A stretch of DNA of 63,809 bases, filler included, from Microthyrium microscopicum (taxonomy: Eukaryota), in the NCBI GenBank assembly GCA_010405405.1. It is 8 parts of 5 records of this genome, joined end to end, with 100 filler letters (N's around TTAATTAATTAA, not from the genome) between each part and the next. Parts side by side here need not be neighbours in the genome. Positions count along the whole stretch, not along the records: positions 47,203 to 56,225 come from MU004250.1; positions 56,326 to 58,115 come from MU004252.1; positions 58,216 to 61,772 come from MU004252.1; positions 61,873 to 63,809 come from MU004253.1; 4 more parts are not named here. One strand, given 5' to 3'. Below the pieces are notes generated by a model, which did no database searches, had not been told where the DNA came from, and saw only the letters and a program-made list of their open reading frames with translations. The translations under genes were made by a program, and so were the position numbers. Below are positions 54,030 through 63,809 of the stretch, piece by piece (within the stretch, counting starts at the first letter, position 1; every line of letters begins with the position of its first letter).

Positions 54030-55380
54030 GATATAGCTATTATCTATAAATTAGTTAATTGCCCTACTTATATAGCTTTAATAGTAGGTAAGATAAGTTT
54101 AAGTAAAACTCTAACTACCTTTATAGTAGTAAAGATATATATTAATATATACGTCTAAAAAATATATAATATAATTATAAATAATCCTACTCTAGAAGAT
54201 ACTAAACTTTATACTCTAACTATTATAGTTTATTTAGTTAGTATAAATATATTATAAGAAAGTAATATAGGTAATATATAACCCCTAGTTTATTTACTAG
54301 ATCTTTTGCTTACTAGAGAAGTTTAATATATTAAGGTTAATAAATAGAGCTTTCTTCTCCTATGCTTTACCTAATAGTATAAATAAGCTAAGTAGCATAA
54401 AGGTTCTACTTAGTTTAAGTTAATTCTACCTAGTATGAAATAGTTTAATAAATAGCATAATACTAATATTAATTATACTAAAGAAGAAATAGAGTATTTA
54501 ATTATTCTAGTTTTATAAACTACTTTAATAGCTTATACCTTTACTACTTTAAAGCTTAGTAATACTATACTAGAAGTAAGCCCTAAACGATACTAATATA
54601 ATAAAGTAAAGCTAGATATTAATAATATTAAGAGTAATTTAGCTAAATAAACTAATACTACTACTAATAATAATATTAAGATTAGCTTAGTTATTAAAGA
54701 TATAGATGCTATTATAGCTACTAAGTAGAAGGTAAAGATAGCGTAGATAGAAGAAGATAGTAAAGTATTATTTTATAACTCTAAATTAGAAAATAACTGT
54801 AAGGACTAGAAGAAAAAGATAGAAGACAAAACCTAATAACTAGTTTTTTAGTAAACTAGTAACCTAAAACTATAATGAATTATTATTAACGAAATATACT
54901 ATATTAAAAATAAAAAATCCTTAAGTTTTTATAGTATAAGTAATTTTCTAATATTACCTAGCTGTCTAAAGTATATTATTAGCCTTTCTAGTACTCTAGT
55001 GCTTAATAAAATCTAGTTACTTAATATATATCTTAAAATAGAATAAAATGTAATATAGTAGTTTATAAATAACTAGATAAGCAATATAGAAATTCTACTT
55101 AGCTTAGAGGAATTGCTTGCTATATATAATTATAATTTTAACCTAAAATACCCNNNNNNNNNNNNNNNNNNNNNNNNNNNNNNTAAGTCTCTAGCTAATA
55201 CCTAGTATTTATAGATTATAAACTTAATACTTTTTAAATAGACATTTAAGGCATTAGAAAATAGTTCTTATAATAAGATTAGGTTATTAGTCGTTAAACC
55301 TATCTTATAATAGATATAAACTTAGTAGTTAATAACTATAGTTATAAATAATAGAGTTAGATCTTGCTACTTAAGAGATA
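54030..55380 (+). pseudogene. SNF2/SWI2-family ATPase relic (middle part lost in gap)
   Basis: One frame, de-RIPed: ALMAGEMGLGKT (54075-54110); RII(I/V)DEMHHIKN (54876-54911); GLSGTPVLN (54981-55007). After the gap: ..LVFMD......IQGIGR.., resembling helicase motifs V/VI. Confidence 0.75.
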
Positions 55381-58003
55381 ATAAGCCTAACCTAGTTTCT
55401 ATAATTATAAGTTTACTTTATATTATATACTAATTAATCTACTTACTATCTATCTAGAACGTAGTAAAAACTATAGCCTTAGAAAAATATATAAATTTTA
55501 GGGTTATAGTTTCTATATAGCCTTTTATTTATAAGATATTTATATAATATTTTAGGGTTATAGTTTCTATAGGGCTCTTTGTCTTACTTTATAGTACTAA
55601 TTATAATAGAAGTATTAGCTAACTTATAAGTAGTTTATAATTAACTTTTATAACTAGTAAGATTATAATACTTATAATAAGTATTAGGATAATACCTATA
55701 CTTATATTATTAGTTTAAGTTTTAATAAAGAAAAAGAGGATAATTAATTTAATATTACGTATATTAACTCTATACTTCTCTACCTATAGGATGTTACTAC
55801 TATAGGTAATTAATTTAAGAACTTTTAGTTACCTACTACTAATAAAGAGTAACTATTAACAAATTATATAGAAATAGTTAAAATTTTTTATTATAGTTAT
55901 ATTATAGGGTTTAGGCATTAAGGCTTTATTAGTAAGTAATATATTATAAGTACTAATAGTACTACTCTATATAGTCTAATATAAGAGGTAATTTAGGATT
56001 TAGCTTAGTATAATCTATATAAGGGTAGTAGCGTTTTTCTTTTATTAACTAGTATAAATAAGTATATACCTTTATTAACTAAGCTAATATAGGTAGTAGA
56101 GTATATTACTAATTATTTAAATAAGATATAAGCTATTATAGTAATAGTTTATAAAGCTATAACTAAAGGTTAGAGCTAATAGTTAGATACTAATAAAGTT
56201 AAGAGTACTACTAAAGAAGAGTAAANNNNNNNNNNNNNNNNNNNNNNNNNNNNNNNNNNNNNNNNNNNNTTAATTAATTAANNNNNNNNNNNNNNNNNNN
56301 NNNNNNNNNNNNNNNNNNNNNNNNNATAAATTAAGTATAAGAAACTATTTAATAATTAACTTAGCCTTATTCTTATATAGAATAAACTTATCTATATTAA
56401 ATAGTTCTATTTTATTATTATTAAAGTTATATAAAAGACGTTTACTATCTAACTAACTATAATTAATTAATATATTATAAATAAGGAAGATTTAATATAA
56501 TTTAAACTAAGCTTAAGTCTTATTAATATATATAATACTATTATTATATATTTACTTTATATTAGGCTAAGAAGGTTTAAATTTACTATTATAATTATAC
56601 TTAGAAGCCTTTTCTTTCTTCTTAGTTTAAGTAGTATTCTTTTTAATTTCCTTAAATTTAGAAAGCTCTAAAGAAAAGTAGCTAGAACTTAATAATTTAA
56701 TATAGTTATTATTAGTATTAATTTAGGTACTATTAATAAATTTAACTTTATTAGTTACTTTTTTAATAGTATTAATATTAATAGAATTAGCTAGTTTTAT
56801 AATATTAGTAATTAGAGTTTTTAGTAAAGTAATAGTATCTTTAAAAACCTTAAAGATATTCTTAGAAACTTTAAAAGTATTAGATAGAAATAGACTAAAT
56901 TTATTTAAAGCTTTATTAACTCTTACTTTATTTTTTATAGTAGCTATTAAAGAGAATAGGTATAAAAAAATATAAAGTATACTAAGTAAATTTATAAAAA
57001 AGCTACTAGTAAAATATTAAAACTACTAGCTAAGACTTATTCTTATACTATAGCTCTATTTATAAAAATTAGCTTTATTTAGTTAGTTAGGATTTACTTA
57101 GGTATATACTTTAATTCTATAAAAGTAAAATAAAAAAGAATTAAAAAAAGTATATAATTATAAGATTAAATATACTTTATTTAATATCCTTTTACCTAAT
57201 TAAGTTAATAGAGAATAAATACTTACTTTATTAAGTACTTCTTATTAAGGAAAGCTTTAATATTAATCCTTACTATAAGTAAAGATTCTAAAGAGAAAAG
57301 TTATTCTTAAGGAGTAATAACTTATAGATTAAGTAAGTTTAAGGTAATAGCCTAAGGAAACTTAAAAATACTTAAGTTCTTAATAAACTTAGATAAACCT
57401 AAATAGGTACCTAATAGTAATATTTAGCTTTATAAATTATTATTTAAGAAGTATTTCTTTAAGTAACGTTTAAAACTAATAATAAGTTTACTAAGATTTA
57501 TTAAGATTATTATTTAGCTAGCTAGATAGTAGCTAAGTAATTTATACTATTATAATATAATATACTCTAAAGTATATTAGTACTATTAGAATATAGTTAA
57601 CTCTTTAAAGATTTATAAGAATATTTAAGTTCTTATTAGAGAAATAATATTAGGAATTAAATCTAATAAACTTTTTAAGATAAGTATTATAGCCTAAGTA
57701 CTTTAGCTTAATAGCTATTAGAAGCTAGTAAAGCTATTTCTTTAGCTTTAGTATATTTTATAATTAAGAAAATTAATAGGTTTTTAACTATTATAATTAG
57801 TAGCTAAGTATACCTTTAAGGTATTTTAGCTTATAGATAAACTACTTTAGCTTAAAGAGGAACCTTAAAAGTTCCTAAGTAATAAAATAGAGGCTAAGGA
57901 ATCTTCTTATAGTTTTTTAGTAATTATTCCTATTCCTATTTCTATATACTTAATCTATTTAAGTATCTTATAACTTTCTTACCTATTCTATAACTCTAAT
58001 CTT

Positions 58004-58115
58004 TAATAAATAAATAATAGAGTAATAAATAATAGAGTAATAAATAATAGAGTAATAAATAATAGAGTAATAAATAATAAAGTAATAAATAATAAAATAA
58101 TAAATAAATAAATAA
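58004..58115. repeat. 15-bp tandem repeat (TAATAAATAATAGAG)n running into gap
   Basis: Directly visible, ~7 copies. Confidence 0.9.
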
Positions 58116-58215
58116 NNNNNNNNNNNNNNNNNNNNNNNNNNNNNNNNNNNNNNNNNNNNTTAATTAATTAANNNNNNNNNNNNNNNNNNNNNNNNNNNNN
58201 NNNNNNNNNNNNNNN

Positions 58216-61200
58216 TAACTAATATACTTATTATAAAGAAATATAAGAAAAACTTATACTTAGTAGTTCTTTAAGCCTATAATTATCTTAATAAAGAGGT
58301 TATATAATTAATTTAGAATAATTATATTAATTTCTAAACTTAGCTAGCTAAACTAGACTAATATAAACCTATATAAACTTTTATAAAATAATAGACTCTT
58401 AAACTCCTTAGTCTATTTATTAAGAAATATTATAAAGCCTTTTAGAGCCTTTTAACTATTATAATAAGGAAAAAGACTTCTTAAGAATACTTTAATAAGC
58501 TTATACCTCTCTTTTATAAATATAAGATTAATAATATATTAATTTACTTATTATTCTTTAGTAATAAACTATTTACTTATCTTAGAAATAATATAATTTT
58601 TAACTTAAACTATATAGTTAAGATAGCTAAAGAAGCCTTATCTTAATATATTTTAAAGTACTTAAAACCTATTAGTAACTAGAAAATACTAACTATTTTT
58701 AAAAAAGATACTAAAGATAGTAAATCCTCTAAATAGTATTTAACGTTTATAAATCTAGAAGATAAGACTTAATAAAGTTCTTAAAGAGATAAGTTAAAGA
58801 AGTTTAAACTAAGCTCTTTTAATAGAGCTTTAAAGCTAAATAAATTAAAAGATAATATAATACCTAAAGTTAAATAGCTATTCCTTAGTAACTCTAATAA
58901 AGATAAGTACTAAAACTATACTAAGGTAAGCTATATAGCTTATAACTACTCTAACTTAAAGCTAAAGAGAATTAAGGAAAAAGACTAAGCTATAAGGTAG
59001 CTAACTAAGACCTTATAGCTTCTATTATAAATAATCTAGTTTTTAACCTTTTTAGTAACTTTTATAAAGTTATTATTACTTAAGTTTTAGAGGTAGTAAA
59101 GAATAAAAGGATTCTAGATAAAGAAGTATATTAATTAAAGAAATTATACTAAATTATTCTATAAAGAACTACTTAGAATTAAGTAAGCTAAAATTATATA
59201 CTATAGAGTATAATAATTAATAATAAAGCTTATTTTAATATTATAAACTATATCTTAGCTAAGAAGCTTTAATTAGAGATATATTATCTTTTAGAGAAGT
59301 TAGCTAAGTACCTAAATAATATATTTATAATTATTTATAGAGTAATAATTATTAAAATAATAATAATTAACTTTAATAAAATTCTAAAGACTAATAAGAT
59401 ATTATTTTATATTATAAACTTATTATACTATATAATTATTATAAAGATACCTTAGCTTAAGGACTAGAATCTCTTACTAGACTTTAAGGCTAAGACTTTA
59501 TCCTTTATTTATCTAGAAGATAACTACTATAGTAAGATTAGCTTTATCTTTCTAGAAGAACTATTTTAATTAGATTAAGATAAATCTACTTAGCTTTTTA
59601 AGTATTTAATAGGGTTATTAAACTATATTAGCTTATAAGACTTATTATATTACTATAAAGAGTTTATAAAGGCTTTTAATAAAGATAAAGTATAAGATTT
59701 AATAGAATATAGTCTATAAAACCTAGCTATTAACTTTAAGCTAGGTATAACTATACTTTATTAACTTATTTATAGCTTATTAGAAGTAAAACTAGTTATT
59801 CTACATAAATACCTTAAGAGAAATCTTAAGAAGAAATTTATTTATAAATCTTAATCTTTTACTAAAGCTCTAATTATCTTTATAAAAAAGAAGGATAGTA
59901 CCTTATATTTATATATAAACTATAAAGACTTAAATAATATTATAATTAAGGACTACTATACTTTATTACTAATTAAAGAATTATTAGACTAACTATTAAA
60001 AGCTAAACTTTTTATAAGCTTAAATCTTTATAAAGTATACTATTATATTTATATTTATACTAATAATAAGTAAAAAATAATATTCTAAACTAAATATAAG
60101 TTCTTTAAGTACTAAGTAATATTTTTTAGGCTTACTAATATTTCTACTATTTTTTAAGTATATATTAACTAAGCCCTATATAGCTTTATTAATATAACTT
60201 ATATTATCTACTTTAATAATATTCTTATCTTCTCTAAGAATAAAGAAGATTATATTAAATATATAAAAGAGGTACTTAAAAGACTTATTAAGTTTAAGTT
60301 ATACGCTAAGCTATTAAAATATAGCTTCTATATAAACTAAACTAAGTACCTTAAGTATATTATAACTCTAAATAATACTATAGTAAAATTAGAATAAATT
60401 ATAATAGTTATAGATTAGCTAACGCTATATAATATATATTAAATAAGAAAGTTTATTAACTTTATAAATTACTATTAACGTTTTATTACTAACTTCTTTT
60501 ATATTATTTCTTTATTAAACTCTTTAACTAAGAAGCTTTTAGGGTAAGTTTTAAAAGACTAATAGCTATATAATAAGAAATTAGTTTCTATTAATTTCTT
60601 TTTTAAAGCTATTTAATCTTTTAATAACTTAAAGACTATTTTTATATATATACTAATCTTTACTTACTATAATTTTATATTAAAGACTTATCTAAAAATA
60701 GATACTTCTAAATAAATAATTTATAATATTTTAAGCTAAAAGTAAACTAAGCTAGGCTAAGAAAACTAATAGTAACTTATAGCGTTTTATTTAAGAAAGC
60801 TATTAAGACCTAAGAGTTACTATAAAACTTTATAGTAAAAGTTCTTAGCTATTATTAACTCTATAAGAATCTTTTATAAGTACTTATATAGTATTCTAAA
60901 GTTCTTAGTCTTAATAGATTATATAAACCTCTATTTATTTAATACGTTTTAAAATATCTTTACTATATATATAAAATAAATAGATTTCTTTACTAAGTTT
61001 AAGTTTAATATTAAGTACTATTTAGGGAAAATAAACTTTATAAATAAACCTTTATAAAGACTAAACTATATCTTCTTAAGTAATATAGAATAAAAAAGAA
61101 CTATAAATACCTTATTAAATTTTATTTAAGATAAACTATAACTATCTAAGGCTTCTAAGCCTAATAAAGACTTAACTAAGTTTATTACTATCTTAGTTAT

Positions 61201-61772
61201 ATCTATTAGTATCTTATTATAGTATTTAAGAAATAATTCTTAAGAAGTAAATATTATTACTATATTAGACGTACCTAATAGCTTCTCTACTAAGCTAATA
61301 AAAAATAAATAGACTTATCTATAAATAGAAGTTACTATAAAGAATAGTAAAGTCTAAGTTCTTTAACGTTTTTATAATAATTCTTTAAAAAAAGATTATA
61401 GAGGCTAATATAAGACGTTAGAGAAGATTTAACGCTATTATACTTAGAATAATATTAATAAGGATATTTAAGAATACTACGTAACTTATTTAGAGTATAA
61501 ATAAAATATATTTATTAAATAAGGCTAAAATAGGCTCTTTCTACTTTTACTAGTACTAATAGCTTTTTAAAAAGATATTATAGTTAATTTTATTACTAAC
61601 TTATTTTTAAGTATTTTCTAAAGATAGCTATATAACTCTATTATAATAGTTATTTATAAACTAACTAAAATAGCTTATTATATACTCTATTATAAAGATA
61701 TAAATATAAATAATCTTACTAAGCTTTTCTTATATAAGGTAGTATAACTCTATAATATACTAAATATAATTA
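58216..61772 (+). mobile_element. Ty3/gypsy LTR retrotransposon internal region (gag/PR-RT-RH-IN), RIP-inactivated, both ends in gaps
   Basis: De-RIPed: S.[34 protein letters not shown].LPLI (~59850-59975); MPFGLTN.P..FQ (~60120); Y(L)DDILIFS (60209); ETDAS (~60696); VDFITDL and D.LTKMAH (integrase, ~61580-61680). RT precedes IN. Confidence 0.92.
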
Positions 61773-63809
61773 NNNNNNNNNNNNNNNNNNNNNNNNNNNN
61801 NNNNNNNNNNNNNNNNTTAATTAATTAANNNNNNNNNNNNNNNNNNNNNNNNNNNNNNNNNNNNNNNNNNNNGCTTCTTTAAGTAAATCTTAAAGTCTAT
61901 TATTAATACTATTTATATTTAGTATATTAGATAAAGAAGATTTATTTACTACTTAGAGTAGCTAGAGTAATGCCTAAAGAGATATAAACTAAGTTTTCTT
62001 ATTATAACTTTATAAGGAAGCTACTAATTACTTAGTTAATTAAAAAGATTAGTTATTTATAGCTAGTTAGCTTATTATTCTAAATATTTTTAAGATAATC
62101 TACTTTTAAGTTCTATTAGTAGTAATAACGTCTAGTATAGATATTTCTTTACTTCTACTAAGTATTATAATTTCTATAGAAAATAACTAGTTTTACTTAG
62201 AGATTAAAGTTAATTTCTTTTAAGAAGAGAAAACGTTAATAATACTATTTCTAATACTTATAGCTAATATATTTTTTACTATAGAAAGATCTATTTTACT
62301 ATTACTTAAAAGATAAAAGTTTAAAAAAATTTAATTAAGTATTTATTAGTATAGAGTATTATCTATAAAGAGTATAATTCTTAGAAGTAATATAATACTA
62401 TTATAAAGAATAGAATAAAGTATTTTTATAATTAACTTATTAATAACTATAAAATACTCTAGGTCTATTATAATTTATTATTTATTATTAGCTATAACTA
62501 TAAGTATACTTTTTAATAGTATATTTTAAGCTAGCTTTAAAAAGATCTAATAATTTTTAAAGTAAATTAAGTATAAATAAGCTAAAGTATACCTAACCTA
62601 AATATAATTATAAGTTTATAACTTTATAATATTTAAGAGTATAATTTTAACTTATCTTACTATAGTATAAAGCTATACTTAATCTAGTACTTTAAATAAT
62701 CTTTCTTCTTACGTATATTATTTTAGTAAAGATTTAGTCTTATTATCTTTTAGTATGCTTATTAAAAGCTTTAATAGAAATTTAAGGCCTATTACTAAAA
62801 GTTTATAAAAGGTTTTATTACTAAGCTTTAGACTTAATAGTTATATTAGGTAGAATATAAAGCTTAAGAAAAAAAAGGAAGATAAAGCTATATAATTTAA
62901 CTATACTTTATAGAATAAATTAATAGCCTTTAAAGCTATAAGCTAAATACTAAGTAAGCTAGAATTTATAATATTCTTTAGTATAACTATTAAGATCTTA
63001 CTAATTTATAAAATATAAGGTATAGATATTAGAATATTCTTACTATATAAACTACTTTCTAAAGATTAGAATATCTTATTAAGGTATTAAAGTACTATAG
63101 TATAAAGCTTTTTTAAGTCTAGTCTAGTTAGTATGCTTTTCTTCTTTAAATTAAGTAAGAAAGTAAGTAAAATTATAAGCTATATACCTAGTTCTAGTAT
63201 AATATCTTTCTTTTATATAGTATTTAGGAGTAGAGATATATATTTAAAGGTAAGTTCTTATACTTTAAAAAAGACCTTTTCTAGTTATTAAAGCATACTA
63301 GATAATAAAAAGAAGATATAATTAGCTAGCTTCTTATTTAGTACTTTAAAAACTAAAAAATATTTAAGGATCTTTAAGAGATTTAATAACTTAAGAACTA
63401 TAGTAGTAAAGTCTTTATTACTATCTATAGAAGTAAGAGTAGCCTAGCTTAAAGTAATATATAGTAGTTTTAGTTTTTAGAAAGCTTTATTTTAGGTGTC
63501 TATTTCTAATTATTATAAAACTTCTTTTAGAAATATTAAATTCTAAATATATTAAGAAGTTACTAATATTATATTTAAAAAGTATATTAATAAAAGTTTA
63601 AAGGCTAATTTATAAACTATATATTATACTATAGTAGCTTAAGTATTTCTTTATAGTTCTTATTTTTATACTTTATATAATAAGACTTTAATTTTATTCT
63701 TTTTTTAAACTTATTTAAGAGATTTATATATCTAAATTTAATACTAGAGATTTAAGAAATAGGTAGAAAAGAAAAGCTTAGAGTTTTAGAAGAGACTCTA
63801 TAAGGGTAA

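Noticed and set aside
56326..58115. LINE 3' end with tandem-repeat tail
   Set aside because: I could not find RT, endonuclease or RNase H motifs in the frames I read; left unassigned.
61873..63809. Possible transposase or LINE fragment
   Set aside because: RIPed, but no diagnostic motif recognised in the frames I read.
1..63809. Alternative genetic code (TAA/TAG = Gln), organelle or AT-rich protist DNA
   Set aside because: Stops replace Trp and Arg as well as Gln, catalytic residues are hit (YVDD>YVDN, DECH>NKYY), and CpA/TpG depletion is symmetric on both strands. That pattern is diagnostic of RIP.

Overview
Extremely AT-rich eukaryotic DNA with the signature of fungal repeat-induced point mutation (RIP): CpA/TpG are nearly absent, TpA is abundant, and TAA/TAG sit where Gln/Trp/Arg codons are expected. 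This is best read as a repeat-rich heterochromatic block of a RIP-competent ascomycete. I see no intact protein gene. All protein calls come from manual translation with reversal of C>T/G>A changes. The window joins several contigs with artificial N-TTAATTAATTAA-N linkers, so adjacency across those gaps is unproven. Recognisable relics in order: (1) a long coiled-coil pseudogene (-, ~250-4700); (2) a Ty1/copia element with gag-pol in one frame (5648-9913); (3) a 1.2-kb tRNA-Ala-headed SINE-like insertion with an exact 19-bp TSD (13615-14828), whose empty site is visible in a second copy of the host repeat at 46232-46250; (4) a ~700-bp nested palindrome bracketed by 212-bp direct repeats, just upstream of a single-frame DUF3505 + tyrosine-recombinase-like + RecQ helicase pseudogene (18655-22276); (5) an apparently large multigene element (22377-44829 and 47203-56225) with relics of a Ulp1/SUMO protease, a NADAR-like protein, an SNF2 ATPase and several large unknown ORFs, with clusters of a shared ~17-bp motif upstream of several of these genes; (6) a Ty3/gypsy pol (58216-61772).
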